Shown in pieces: positions 1 through 13,910 of a DNA stretch of 64,000 bases. The position numbers were made by a program, and so were the translations under genes. Position 1 is the first letter of the stretch, and the number at the start of each line of letters is the position of its first letter. The stretch is from Raillietiella orientalis (taxonomy: Eukaryota), in contig JAYWIR010000084.1 in NCBI GenBank assembly GCA_036172245.1, positions 1-64,000 of the forward strand, read 5' to 3'. Below the pieces are notes generated by a model. It ran no database searches. It saw nothing but the letters and a program-made list of their open reading frames with translations, and had not been told where the DNA came from.

Positions 1-420
1 CAGTTGTTCCTCTGATCAGGCAGCTTCTTCCAGTCAATAAATACAATGAACTCTTAGAGACAGTCTGGGAAGGAGTGACCCTTTCCAAACCTTCCTTTCA
101 TTGGCGAAGGCAGCACCCTCAGGCAGTACCACGTCCAGCATTCAGCCACTGTAGCGATCCAAGTCTCGGAGTCTCTGCAAGAGAACGCAGAGATTTTGTG
201 CTACTAATGAGCTGAATTTAAGTCGATCGATAAAATGGCAATAACGATAAGGAACGGACTGTCGTTTGAAGTCTAATGCTCCTGGTGTTTTGTGACCAAC
301 AACAAATTCTGATCCATTGGGCAACGTAGGGACACAGCAAGGCCAATACTTTCTAGTAGGGCAACAGGAAACATAAAGTCCGATACGAAATGTTTTGTGT
401 AGGCATGATTCTAGACACCA
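1..420 (-). other. Putative degenerate (-)RNA virus L polymerase fragment; 1-161 duplicates 42961-43121
   Basis: Minus frame reads WYCLRVLPSPMKGRFGKGHSFPDCL*EFIVFIDWKKLP; upstream VSRIMPTQNISYRTL. Resembles the post-GDN 'SR....N...T' and 'LP..LGG....PD' region of L proteins (recalled, weak). Confidence 0.3.
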
Positions 421-2659
421 CACCAGAAGGAACGCTAACTGTGATGTCTCTAAAAATAGGGCTGTAAGTTCTTGAAATCACGAGAAAGATGTCGCTGAGA
501 ATTGTAAAAAGCGAGCCACTTTGTCACGTAGAAAGGGTACAAGTGTACTTATGTGATATAAAAACTGTAGGTACGGGGCGAAAGCTCCGAATTCAGAGAT
601 TGATGTACAGAAAACAAGAACCGTCATCGAGTAAATGCTTACAATGAAGGATCTCATTTGTCAACTAAAAGCAGTTTACCATCGAGGTCATGAATATATC
701 CTTCATGTTGAGAATCGTATTTAGCAAAGCAGTGATAATCCCAATTTCGTACTAATGGATTAGAAGGATAGTAATGGCTTTATTGCTTTGATCATTGGGG
801 TTGCACGTGGAAGAAACTCTGAATAACTTTGCTGCAGAAGAAATTGTTCACTAGATGACTGTTAATAAAATGGGTTGGAAACAATTTGGTGCTATTAAAG
901 GAACAGCACAAAGGGAACAAAGTAGCACAGTACAACACGTAGTATTTTCTGACTTGTAAAATAAGTGACCTAAATCATTTTTCTGTTCATCACTGTTTGA
1001 TTATCAGTTACCATTGGTTGATGCATGAGACATGCTGGTTTTACCAGACATGAATGATTTAAAAATCCCAAAGAGTAACGATGATTTCAACTTTCAAATG
1101 GAAATTATTAGGTTCTTGACAGCATCTAAAGAAGGTGGGCGTCCTCCTGGATTGCTTTTTCAATTCCTTTTGCAGAGGAATATTTGGCGTCGCTGTTGTA
1201 TCGGACTCCTTTGCCATGAGGAAGTAGAAACACAATCGTCCGAGGCAGCGAGCAATCCAGGCGATCGCACGAAGGCAACTATTTGCAAGAAGGTTTTTCT
1301 AGAAACTCTTGAGTCGCGACAGCCACGTAGAATGCTAATAACTGCAAGATGTGCTTTCATTCAACGACATAATGAAACAGTTACTCGAGGAAATTATACT
1401 CGATGGTGGTCTATCTAAACGGAAAAAATCGTGGATTGAGAAAAAGGAAATGCCCCGTCAGTTATAGTAACTGTCGACAGAGCGGAGTGCTTGTTCTGGA
1501 CAAAGGGCCACTGACTGCCAGGATTCCAGGAACTGATTAGGGCTTAGCGGCTGGGCGTGTGATTGTGCGCGTAGAAAGACAGCTTTTCCATAGACTACGG
1601 GTCGGCCCAAAATGCCTCGACCTTTGGTCTTCAGTAAACCGGATGTCTGAGGTCCTTACAACATGATAAGTGTAAGTGTCCTGAAATTCGATGTCAACCC
1701 GGATAGCAGTTGAAACACACTCAATTGGTAGTCAAAAGGACGAGTTCTTTCAGCCGCAAAAATGAATGGAAAGAGAAACCGTGCACAGTAATGCCAGAGG
1801 GAACCAACGAACTGAATTGCGAACGGAATGTGAGTCAACTTGCGAGCTTCACAACCCCGCTTCCTTTCGCTCCCCTTCCGTGACAGCGCGACTGAGGAAG
1901 ATAAGATTGATCTCGAGGACGCGGGATAGCATCAGACGATCAACAAGAAAAAGGAAAGCGCGCTTGCCACCACGGCAGAGGACGGCAGCAGGGGCGGATA
2001 TGATAGTGCAAGTGAACGCTCGGACGCTTTTCCGCGATCGGTAAAGTCGCCAAAACTGTCAACGCAGTGACCGATTCGGAGAGCCACGGAGCAACTATCA
2101 CTGCGCAAGACAGCGCTTCTGCCTTTTACAAGTCTTGCAGACGTGGTCTGGAAGACTTGTAAAGCTTCGCGTTTATAAAGGGTTCTTTCTTTTTGCTTGT
2201 GTTGGTGAGGAGAGTGTAGCGGTGGTTTCATGGAGGCAATGCCAAAAAACATCTCTACAAACGCATACGGACGTGACTTTCCTCCCGAAGGATGCGGGAT
2301 TAGAGGAGGTTACATCTTCGCAAGAATCATTCTCCCAGAACGAGAAGCGCTCCGGATCCAGGTGCTGTCAAGGATACCTTAGGAGTGGAAGTATCCTGGC
2401 CTACGAGGTCAAGGGATACGTCCTGTCCCTGCTTAAGCGAGTAGACCGAGTTCCTGCGTAGCGCGATCTTTCGCGCATGAGCTGCGAAAGCTCCACGCCT
2501 CCCTGGAGAATCCCGTGGGGCTCACGTTCTTGTGTGAGAGTCAGGTCGCAGAACTTACCTGAAAAGATGCAAGTCTTGCGCAATGCCTGCTGAGAAAACC
2601 TCGATCACCATCAAGGTGATAGAGGTTTTTTGTAATCACAATTTAATGGAGACCCATAT

Positions 2660-4030
2660 TTTAATGGAGACCTTCGGGATCACCAGTTCGCAGACCGGCG
2701 TGGACCACCACAGCAGCAGAGAGGAGGGCGCAAACAGAAAGAAAAAAAGGAAAACAAAAATAAAAATAAATATTCTTTGGGAAGTGAGGGAAGGGATCAC
2801 GTTCTGCTGGTGGCGGTCCTATCCATCCTCTGTAGGATGCCGGCAAGTCTTGCTGGCTGCCCCTGTACGGGTGGGGTCATCGCGTTTTATCCTCATGAAG
2901 CGGACGGCAAGGTGGATGGCATTTCTGTCGCTGGGTCCACCTGTTGCTTTACTCCTGCAGCGACGATCCCGCGTAGGCAGCACGAGGCTGCAAAAGAGGC
3001 CGCTAGCCGAAGGGCTTTGAGAACGAACAGGGGTTTTAAAGCGTCCCTGAAGTTGACTCCGGGGACTCCCAGGGCAGTGGTAAATCGTCTCTCGAGAGGC
3101 AGAGGGCAACACAGTCCACTAACGGGTGAAGGAGGGGTTTACGTTCCTCGCACCTGACAGCTGGCCTCCTCACACACCCAAGTAAGTGATGACGGCTCAA
3201 GCGTTGCAAGGGAGGCCCTAGTGTAGCCCCAGCAGCACCGACTGCTTCCACTTCAAAGGGAGAACGAGGGTGTCCATGAGCACCGGGGGTCATTTCAGGT
3301 GCTCTAGCTCGCCCCAGATCGAGAGTCCATGGTGTGGTGTACTCGGGTCACAGCGTCTGTGAGCTGGCCCGTATTCCACCTCTCCAATCCTTTCTCCTTT
3401 CCAGAGATGGTCACTGCAGCCTCCCATTTCGCCGCGACGCTGCTGCTCAGGTGTTCCCTGAGGGAGGACAGAGCTGCGAAGAAAAAGGTTCTTCCTGCCC
3501 ATGAGCTTTTTCCAGTATCCTCCTGGATCTCTCGGAGCGTGCAGCTGTTGTTGCGCACGAAGAGGTGACAGCGCACCTGTTCCGTGCGTTGCTCCTGGCT
3601 CATCGTCCACGTGAGAACGGTTTCCTGTGGCTAGGCACTACTATCCGCAAGGTAGCAGAAGATCCATGCCGTGTTCTTCCTCGTCTGCGTGGCCACCCGT
3701 CGAAGCTGCATTCAAGTGGCAGATGTTGCGGCAACAAAGTTCAAGGTAGGCTGCGTTAGAAGTGATCTGCTCGACGAGGAGGTGTGCAGGGTCGCACCTG
3801 GCGGTGCTTCACAATTTCGCCACGTGAACAAGTATTTTCCATCGGAGCTGAAGCTCTAGCCGCTTCAGCGTTAGTAAGCCAAGACGTCCGTTTCGACGCG
3901 GAACGCACAAGTCCTTCAGGCAGATTCAAAGCCTTCCTTCGTCCCAAAGAGCGATTATTCGGAGGTCCATTCGTCTGCAGAGACGTTTTTTCTCTATGGC
4001 AAGTTAGTCTTGCCGGAGTGGGCCACTATG
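2660..4030 (-). mobile_element. L1/Tx1-clade non-LTR retrotransposon, 3' fragment (post-RT region, zf-RVT, T-rich 3' UTR)
   Basis: VRCEERKPLLHPLVDCVAL zf-RVT-like motif; similar to the copies at 44 kb, 46.5 kb and 48 kb; U-rich UTR with the family hairpin at 2682-2699. Confidence 0.75.
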
Positions 4031-4174
4031 TAGAACTTCACTAGGGTCTTCCCCTTTTCCGTGTTATTTGCTTGCTCGCCTCCCCATTCGACGAATACCC
4101 GCTGCAGCGACTACTTAAAACAACCTCGTGGGGAGCTTCAAGTTCCCAAACTCGCCTTAAAGACTTGGTTTTGA

Positions 4175-4900
4175 CACCCGGGGACGCCGGGGCGTTCATT
4201 TTGATAAACAACAAACATGTGTAGGGCCATCGGCCCTGAAACGTCCGAAAGAGTTTGGAACTTTCCGAGTCACCGGCACGCAGGCCGGTGAGGTACGACT
4301 CGGCAGTCGAGGGGGAGGGGGCGAACAAAAACACTATTAACAAAAAAATTGGAAGTTTAGGAAAGAGATCGCATCCTTCTGGAGGGCGTCCTCTGCATCC
4401 TTTCAAGGATGCCGGCAAGTTCCATTGAGTATGCCCTAGATGGGACCATCTTGCTGCCTTCCTCGGGATGCGCATACAGAAGCAGATGGCATGTCTATCG
4501 TGCCATCCTCCTCTTGCGTAGCTCCAGGCCTCCACCATCCTACGTAGGCAGCAAAGAGTTGTTGAAGCTGTGGCAGGGGAAAGGACTTCTCGCACGAAGA
4601 GGCACTTGAAAACGTCTCTGGGGCGATCCGTTTGTGCAACTAGTGCCGTTACGAATCGCAACCGCGAGGGCAGGAGGGCAGCATAGTCTATGAGCAGGTG
4701 AGAGAGGGATTTCCGTTCCCCCGCATCTGACAAATTTCGGGTCCACAGCCCTCCGGGTACAGTGAGATCGGCGGACTTTGCTGGGGAGACTCCAGTGCTA
4801 CACTAGAAATGCCGACTCCAGCTTCTTCAGGAGGATGGTCCTACCAGGGGTTGCTCCAGAACTTCGGCACAAGGGCAAGTGTCCAGAACTGGAGGGATGC
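4175..4900 (-). mobile_element. L1/Tx1-clade 3' fragment with intact 3' terminus
   Basis: GERKSLSHLLIDYAAL...ARWSHL C-terminus, T-rich UTR, terminal AATGAACGCCCCGGCGTCCCCGGGTG. Confidence 0.8.
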
Positions 4901-5749
4901 GTGGATCGAGGAAGGCCACTGTTGGTCGGCACACGGGGGAAAGCGCGTTCTACGGGAAGCTGCTGAAACTCGCGCAGCTACTCTCGGAAAGCGGAGCGGA
5001 GGCAGCCGAAGGCTGTGCCAGGGACACGGACGATCGGCTCGCAAAAGGCGAAACCCGCGCTGGACGCGTACCGAGAAAAGGCGAGGCGAGCACGCGCGGA
5101 ACAATCTAAGCACGTATGGCATCCGTAAGCAAATCATATTCTTAATTTTTCGTCAGTGATGTCATTACAAAATGTTGAAGTTCATGCTGTGCGCCTCCCG
5201 GACTCCCGGACGTCTCGGCGCGACACCGCGGAAAGTGATCGAAGCGCCGATCGAGGAAGCGGAGGAAGTCATAGCTCGCGTGCCCTCCTTTCTGGTCCTT
5301 CGATTTTCCCTCTCATACACTAAGAAAAGTTGGAAACGGAAGGAGAGTAACGAAACAAAAGTAACCGTTGAAGGATGCAGTGATTCTGAAGGGAAATGCC
5401 GCACTGTGAAGATGAGGGCCCTCGATTCGTCAGCAAACACAGGCGAAGGCCGTCTTGACTTTATCAAATCGAAGGGTACGCTCCAAAGCCACCAGAAAAC
5501 TAAAATGGGATGACAAGAAGAGTAGCGATAATGAATCTCATTCTCTCATTCTAAAGAGAACGCCTAGCCAGTCTGTGGAATTTGGTCTTCTTGATTGGAG
5601 GAGCGTCCACAATCTTGCACAGGGAAGTTCATCATCCGGTCACAACGGGGCATTTATTCCAAAAAACGAACAAACAAGTTGGAAACCAAGGGCAGGAAAC
5701 GGGTCACCGGGTTCGCCAATTCTTCCTCCCAAATCCGGTGCTGAATGCT

Positions 5750-6040
5750 ACCGATCTTCGCCTTGGCTTTCTTTTCTAGCCGAGACCACCTAGCAGCCGT
5801 CCTCGGGCAGGCAGATTCCATACGGGTGGACTCTCTTTGCTCCCCTTCCTTCTCTGAGACGCGGCGGACCACGACGACATCTCTTCGCGATCACTGCGTC
5901 TGAGCGCGAAAAATCGCCGCCGCAGGTCACGGGTGGCGTCCTCTCTGGTGACAGGGTCCGAAGCTTCTCCGAATTCTTCGGTACCTCTCCCATGGCTGCA
6001 TTCTGCTCAGCACTCTAGAAGCAAGAAGACTTAACGGGAA
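5750..6040 (-). mobile_element. L1/Tx1 ORF2 C-terminal chip of a second subfamily, homologous to 14150-14420
   Basis: Nucleotide similarity: acctagcagccgtcctc / acctagcaaccgtcctc, cccttccttctc, catctc.tcg..atcactgcgtctg..cgcgaa.aatcgccg. Confidence 0.6.
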
Positions 6041-6164
6041 GAGGAAGAAAACCAGTATTGAGTACGTAGTTCTTGACAGTTTCACTCCTCGAGAGTTTTT
6101 TCTAGATGCGGTCAAAGTTCACCGTTCCTTGCCTTTTGCTCTTTCAAATGGCACCAGCAGTGCC

Positions 6165-8557
6165 TTTAAGAGCACTCACGAAGCTTCCTAAGTATTTATC
6201 GCGCAGGTACTTGCAGATATTATGAGCGCAAGTGTTCGGCAGAGTGGAACAGATCTTCAGAGAGTCAGTGGAAATCGTCCAGGATCTTCCTCCTTACAGC
6301 TGCACCGTCAAACTCTTTCTCTATCAGCTCGGCATATATCGGAAACTGTTAGTGGAAAACTCTTGATTTGATGATTATGTCCAGTTCGAAGTTTGTCGTA
6401 CATGCAGCGAGCTCGTGACGGCTTTTGATGAAGTCATGGCAAAGAAAAGTGCGATCTCTCATCTTTTCCATCATCCTTTCGAGTTCGTTCTTGCATTGCA
6501 TCATCGCAGTCGGTTCCTCGCAGTCTTCGAGGGACAGCACATTCTGTTGAGCTCAAGTAGACTCCAGTAAAGTAGAAATTCAGCGCGTACTGTATGATAA
6601 ATTTGGTTGCAAGTTTACGTGTGGACTCCAGGAACGAGTCGTACTCGCGGTGACCTGACCATTCACGACTCAGTCCCGGAGTTTTGATGACGACATCCAC
6701 TGGTGTTTCAATATTGCAGTTGAGTATGTTGATGTCCGGGTCATACTCCAGAAGAGTAAGGACAACTACTCCAAACACAGGAGCAATATGGAGTGCTGTT
6801 TCTCGAAAATAATACTTAGCATTGACATCAGCATTGTACTCCAGAAGAAGCTTCGTAGTTGGGTTCCATCCATGTTTGGTAGCTATGTGGAGAGGAGTGA
6901 TGCCGTCCTTGTCGCAAGCATTCCCATTTGCTTTGAAATCCAGAAGGAGCTGTACAATTCTTTCATTAGACTTTGAGGAAGCGATGGGAAGCGCAGTTTT
7001 TCCATCCTCCCTCTTGCCGTCCACGTCAACGCCACCATGCAATAGAAGCACCACCATTGCAGTGTTTCCATGCATGGTTGCCGTATGAAGACACGTCGTT
7101 CCGTGCATGTCCTTCGAATTGATGCAGGCGCCGTGATCTAGAAGAAGTTTTACCATTTCGCAGTTTGATTTATCGGAGGCGATGAGGAGAGCCGTTGGGC
7201 CATCTTCCCTTTGCGTGTTCACTTCGCTCTTGTAATCTAGGAGCATCTTCAGTATTCCAAGTTGTCTTTCGAGGCAGCTTCATGAAGCGGAGTTGCTCCG
7301 TCCTTTTTCTTGGCTGTCACGGCATCGTTGTGATCCAAGAGAAGTTGCGTCACTTGCGCTCTCCCGTGCTCGACAGCCAACTGGAGGCAGGTGGTCCCGG
7401 CTTTGTTTCTTGCGTTCGCGTCTGCGCTGTAGATCAGAATAAGTTCCACGATGTCTTCGTCCGCTTCCCTTCCCAGAGGAGCTTGATCACCCCAGCATTC
7501 TCGAACCTGGTAGCCATCAGAAGAGTCGTGTCTCCGTCCTGGTTCTTGGCATCCGCATCTGCGTTGCAACTCAGGAGAAGCTTCGCTATTTCACTTTTTT
7601 TTTCGGATGCAAAATGGAGAGCTGTCGTTCTGCTCCAGGCCGCAGCATCCACATCAGCTCTCGAATCCAAGAGAAGCTTTATTATGCCTGCCCCCTTGAA
7701 TGCCGTGGCGATGTGGAGAGGGGTTGCTCCACCGTCATCCTTCGCGTCCACTTCGGCACCGTAGTCCAGAAAAGCTTGACCAATCTCTCGTGCCCTTTGT
7801 GCGAAGCTATGTGGAGTGCGTTCGCTCCATTGATGTACTCGGGCAAAGTAAGTTTGGTCCTGCATCTGGGATCGTCGTCCAGCGGAAACCGATCCCGAAA
7901 TGATCCCTGAACAAAGAGGACATTAGTCAGGTGATCCGACTCCCACATTCCTCTAGAAATTGCAGGGGAACCGGGAAACAGTTTCATTCTTAGAGCGTCT
8001 ATTAAATAAAAAAGCCCACCGTCGTCCATGCACACGGTATGGTTGACATTTGCCCCGTGTTTTGAAAGTTCCTTGACAATCGTGAGAGATCCACTTTCAG
8101 CGGCTACATGCAGAGGAGTCATCCCATTTGCATCCATGATGTGGACACCTGCACCGTTCCTGAAAAGCAAACCGATAATGTTCTCATTCCTGAGCAGTGC
8201 TGCGATGTGGAGCGATGTGGCTCCGTACGGAGTTCGAGCAAAAACGTTGGAGCCTTTCCGCAGAAGCACGTCGGCGTCGTCAGCGTCTTCGAGAATGACA
8301 GTAAAGTGGAGCGGCCCCAAAGATTTCTGATATTTCAAGTCCTTGTTTACCCTCCAGCTCCTGACGAGTATGCTGGCTGCTTCGTAGGGGTCATTTTTGA
8401 AAGAGTCACGTAGCGATAGGCAGCACTTCTTCCACGTATCAGAGTACTTCATTCCGAGCAGCAGCATGATGCCTTCCAACTTTTCCTCCAAGTTCTCTTC
8501 TTCAATTGCACGCACCAACCGCTCGCAGATTCGAAACCGTCGCACAGATGGGATCAT
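6165..8557 (-). pseudogene. Ankyrin-repeat protein with C-terminal PRANC/F-box-like domain; frameshifted, no introns evident
   Basis: About 12-14 TPLH/TALH ankyrin repeats spread over four overlapping ORFs (8557-6434). C-terminus reads CKNELERM...*QFPIYAELIEKEF...RRKILD, then after a frameshift LPNTCAHNICKYLRDKYL (PRANC F-box-like motif). Confidence 0.85.
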
Positions 8558-9419
8558 TGGAGCAATCTACTGCAACCCTTGAACAAGAAACCGTCCTTCA
8601 GCACCAACTTGCTTCACGAGGTGGCGGACAAGGTCTGACAGTCCGTTTTACCGAGAAACTCTGATTCAGCTATTCGGGAATACGTAACGACTCCCGGTGG
8701 GGTTTTATCACATTTCTGGGGGGATCCTTACTCATTCTTGAAGGTTTTCTCATTGGCTTTCTGGAAGGCCTGCTTTGGTTTCAGATTTACAGCTGTGCTC
8801 AGATGAAAATAGAATCAGTTGCCGACACCGTTTCCTAAAAGCAAAAGTCTGGAACGAAAGGAGAAACAAGGAAACCTTTTGAAATTTCATCTCTTGCCAT
8901 CGTGTACGGTTTCCAACGTCTGCGTAAAAGCACGAAGACATGCGATCATCTTTTCAAGAACGCTTCTCGAACGACCAACACATAACGCTGAGAGGATTCG
9001 ACGACATCCGCAAATCTGCGGTTGTCAATAGAATGGATTGTTTTTTTTCTCTTATCGTGAACAGCACACTTCGAACCATCAAATGGAGAGAGAGACTGCA
9101 GAAGACAAAGAAGACCACATGGTGTGACGCTTACGCGACTCTCTTGGATTTAGGCTGGAGAGGCACGATTCTGCCTAAGAAGGAGGCTACTGAATTGTGG
9201 GAACGGAAAAGCTATCCCTCTTTTGGTACCCCTCACGCTCAAATGGAGTTCATGTGCGCTGAGCAACGCAGGCTTGTTTACTGCACTGTCGTTGTAGGTC
9301 AATTTTCTTCCAGCAATTGACCCTTTGCATTCCAAGCGTTTGTTGACACGAACGACCATCAGCTCCAGCACGCTTTCGCAATCAAAAATCTGAGAAGTAA
9401 TGGCTTTGCTCTGATAAGG

Positions 9420-9800
9420 AAGAAATGATGAATGTTCCTTCGTCTCTGCGATCATTCTCTTTGCAAAGCTGTTGGTTTCTTCTTCGAGGATCCGCTTGAC
9501 AAGCTCTCTTGTGAAAAATGAGTAGAAATGTTCTGTTGGTTCCACAATCATGGATGCAAACTGTGGTCGTGTGACCATGGGCGATACTGTGAAATGAATC
9601 CTTTTTGGAATCCTTCTTCTATCCGTTCTATCGACCCATCCATGTTCTCTTCCGAAAGAGTTTTTACTCTCAATAATTCCGATTCTCCGCCGCCATTTTC
9701 CAATGATTTTGTTAACGCTAGAACGAATTCCAGAATCATCATCACTTGCACTATCTTCAGATGCAACATCAGTTAAATGATCATCAACTAGGTAATAAAT
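9420..9800 (-). mobile_element. piggyBac-type (PGBD) transposase N-terminal remnant
   Basis: Acidic N-terminus followed by PTEHFYSFFTRELVKRILEEETNSFAKRMI, matching the piggyBac 'P...F..FF..E....I..ETN.YA' motif. DDD core absent. Confidence 0.65.
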
Positions 9801-12800
9801 GAAGTTCTTCTTCACTTTCACACAATTCAAAATTTTCATAACTCCTCTCCTCTTTATCCATCTTTAGTAAATCGCTTTGCAACTGACTGATGGCAGTGGG
9901 AAAGTAGAAACTTTATGTAGAAACTTTTACACAAAAGCCGAGGTCCTGTTCGAAAACAAACTTTAATAAATCAGAATTGCAACCCCACACTGTACAAAGT
10001 CTGCAGAGCAGTGATCTGCAGAAGGGAACTGTGAGCGATCACGGCACTCGTTTGCACTCACTTTGCATGTCAACGAAAGGGTGGCGCATTTTGGTCTGCA
10101 ATGTGAATAATACATAACTCTGACCCCTATTCTAACTCATCGACACGATGCATGTCTTCTCAGCGGAGCCAGTGGATCTGTGGTCTTCATTAGGAATGTT
10201 ACCTCAGAGGAGCCAGTGGAGTGCGAAGGGTTAGAGCGATCAGCCACCCACAAGATCTTGCGAGTTGCGTACACAGAGGGAAAATGGAAAAATCCCTTAA
10301 TTTGCTGGTGGCTGAGCCACAGAGGTGCAGCTCAGGGACGGATGACACTTCCTTGCTTTCCTCGAAAACACGCGGCAGCAGAGGAAGAACACTTTGTAAG
10401 CTAAGCCACTTTCATAGCATTCTGCTTCCTGATCCGGAGAATAGGATCCAAAGAAACATGGGGCGCACCGAAACGCGGCAATGAAAAACACGCAACGTGT
10501 TTCGGATTTTGGGAGGCCATAAATAATCTTCTATTTGCGCCCAACAGCAAATGATTTCTCCAATTCTTGAGGGTGAGCGTCACGCGTGTCAGAAGCCATC
10601 GACGTCCAATGGTTCCCTGCATCTCGTGCTATCCTTCCGTGCCCCGGATCCCCAGACGAGTGATGGCCTTACTTTTCGAAGCAAACACAGAACGACGTGT
10701 CGGGTGCAGGTGGACATTTCGAAGGTAAGGTGCAGGTAATGACTGCTCTCATTCGATTCGGCCCATTCGTGATGGAGGAAATGCAATGTGCAATGATGCG
10801 GCACTGACTTATGATTGTTCGCAGATTGAGGTTTTCGCTCCATACAGACAAGCTCACGAGAAATGATATCCGAAATCGCCTTGAGGACTGGGTTTCCAAG
10901 TGTCAACAGCAATGACAGAAATCTCATTTGCATGATTGACGCCGCCGAAAAGTGTTGGCCTCATAAACTTCTGGTCACACTTGGTCCTTTGGAAGCAATG
11001 GGTGTTGCGAGGGGGGGGCATTTCCTGAGACCGATTCTGGAAACTTCCAGATCATTGACTCCAACGACGTCTTCCCTTAGTATTCTCTTCACTCGGAATA
11101 AGACTCGCATTGATGACTGCATTAGGATCAATATCATCAATTCTAATAACGAATTTATAGTTTGCAAAGTGAGGCGTCCGTAATTGCAAGTAGCTTGCGA
11201 GAGTTGCAAAGTCATCAGCTGAGAAGGTGGTCATCGGTGTGGCGCATCCACGCAAAAGACGTAAAAATCACGTTTGCAATCGGTTGTATCACTGTTCGCC
11301 CGTTGAAATCACTGTTGCCATGCGTATGGCAACACTGATTTTTCAGCGCGTAACTTTAGGAAGGTGCAGGAGCGCGAAGCAACCTAAATTTGTGCTCAAG
11401 TGTCACTGAATTCATGTGTGCCGGGCGTAAAGCAACATTTCCTCCTGCGTCTGTACAGTTTTAAGTGGCAGCGCATGCAACAGGTTGAAACAGCATATGG
11501 CCAGGGTTTGAAAGAGGTGATCTCTGACCTGGTCATTCATTGAGGCTCAGAGCTTCCCACGATATCGGGGCATGTTCAAAGTCGAATCTGTAGGTCGGCG
11601 GGTTGTTTCCTTGGCCTGTTGTCTTTTTAGTCCTCTTCGACGCCACAGGAAATGGCAGGAGCAGACAAGACTTGAAACATCAGTCAGAGCGGAGACAAAT
11701 TCTGATTGGTTCCGCAGACACAGATGGAAAAGGAACTTTGTTTCCTGGTTCATCAGCAAATTTGAGGCGATTGCAAAGGAAGGATAACGTTTTTTTTCTC
11801 CAGCACACACAAAAAAGGCTACAAGCTCCGTCCTAAGGCAAAGTTTCCGCATATGCGTCCTTGTTAAAATTCGAATTAAGTTTTTCCCCCCCCTTTCCCA
11901 TTAGGCCTGCAGAGACGGACACGGAAGGCACCAGCGATGCTCAAGAAGAAAACAGATGCTGTGCCTCTGTGACAGGAGTGATGTTTACACGTCAACCTTT
12001 TCACATCAGCAAGCATCTTCGCTTTTCACCATGTCGTTCGCGATTTATCGAGGCAGCCTGTGATTGGTGACCTTGTTCTTCCTTATACTGCTCTTCAACA
12101 AAATTTCCTGAGGGCTGACATGCCCTGTGATGAGGTTGCTAAGCGAATCCATGCAAATTGCACGTTGGAATGCGAGTTATGGAAGACACGCACTTTCTGT
12201 CCCCATCTAATTTCGATAGTCCACCGTGAAGCCAGCGGAAAGGAAATCAAGGGGAGCTCTCATCAGCACAAATGCAGCAATATTTGGGTACATACAATAC
12301 GAATGCATTTGTCCGCATACTCATCCTCACGCTGCACTTCCATACGAGGGAAGGAAAAAAAAACAGAACTCTCCTGTAGAAATGGGAATCTCTCTGTCCT
12401 TGGGGTTTCCCAGCCCAAATTTCGAAGGCCTTCCTGTTTCCTTCCTCCAAGTCGCAGTGACGTGCCGGGAGAAGCCTTCTCCCGGAGGAAAGCTTCCGCT
12501 TGATGCGTTGAGCGCATCCAAATATCTGTTCTTGCAGACCGGATCTGAGTAAAAGACTCCTCACTGCAATTCTTCCTCAGTACCTGAAGTGAATATTTAT
12601 GTATTGGCCATCAGTATGCATTCGAAATGCGAAGAGACCTTTTGTCGCCGTTTGCTGCGATCGAAAATATTTAACATTCCACCCGGAAGCTGCAGCTCAT
12701 GAGAATGGACGTATTCACAACGTATTCGCCCGTTTAGGGTGGTTTGAAAGATAGAAGTTGCATAGAAGGCAATAGAAGCAGCACCACGTCTTCGAGGTTC

Positions 12801-13189
12801 AGAAAAGGGAACTCGCGACAAGGGCTCGACCAATTCCTGGGACGCAAAATGCGGAATTATTGGCGACCCTCAAATTCCACTCTGGCCGCGTTCCAAGGGA
12901 TGCGCCTGGTGGAATTGGACCACCGTGTCCCTTCCTTAGCCACCCCATCGCTCACGTCGGACCGTTTATGGAACTTCCAAGTATCGTGGTAGGGCGCGTG
13001 GCCCTGCCACGTTGCGTTCTTCAAGGGACTGCCCCCTTGTCGGTGTACAGTGCAAAGAAAGGACGAATAAGAGAAACAAAGATGTATCGGTGGTGCCACA
13101 TACGTACATGCTGACGTCATTCTTCTACGTCACCATTTTTTCCCAAACACTTTGGATACCGTGGGACAAGGGTTTTGGAACCTTCCGCG

Positions 13190-13910
13190 TAAAATTCACA
13201 TTGATCACGAAGATGATGAAAAATAGACACATATGCTTATTCTACATAGATTCAAATGCATATGATTCAAATTTATTTTTACGCGGATACTCATTCATAT
13301 TTACTAAAGTACATATTATCAACAGTATTATTATCGGAACAAATATGTATTTATTCAAATTTATTGAGGTACATCTCATTCAACAACAAATAAGGTGCGG
13401 TTTATACCGTTGGTATATATATATGAGATTCTAAGGAATACACATGTATTCTTATTATATGCATCAACATTGATAAATAACATCAATAGATTAGAATTAT
13501 ATGTGAATGTTTATATATATATGTGCACACATGTGTATTAATATCTGTATAAATGTATATATTAGTAGTTACAGTAGGCATATATATTTATTTTTTATAA
13601 TATTCATGATACCCATATATCAATCTTCATGTAAATGTATATCAGAAGGATGTAAATTTAATTTTTCTAAACTTTCATGTATGATGAACAATATAATCAG
13701 CAAATTATGAATTTTACGAATAAAACGTGTCAATAAATATGAATAGCCATGCACATTAAAATAAATTGACTATATGGACAAAACATTCAAGAACTTATCG
13801 GTTTTAACAATAAAATGAATGTCAGCAAATTTCCTTCAGTAATATTACTGTTAACAATAAGTATGTTAATGAACATGAATTACCATGTATACTAAAATGA
13901 ATTTGCGCAT
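13190..13910. other. Sharply bounded AT-rich island
   Basis: Visibly very low GC with (TA)n runs, between flanks of roughly balanced GC. Confidence 0.7.

Noticed and set aside
2642..2672. 13-bp direct repeat tttaatggagacc as a target-site duplication
   Set aside because: The copies are only 5 bp apart; this is a local slippage duplication, not flanking an element.
13090..13115. MYVCGTT resembling cysteinyl-tRNA synthetase
   Set aside because: No HIGH motif or further similarity.
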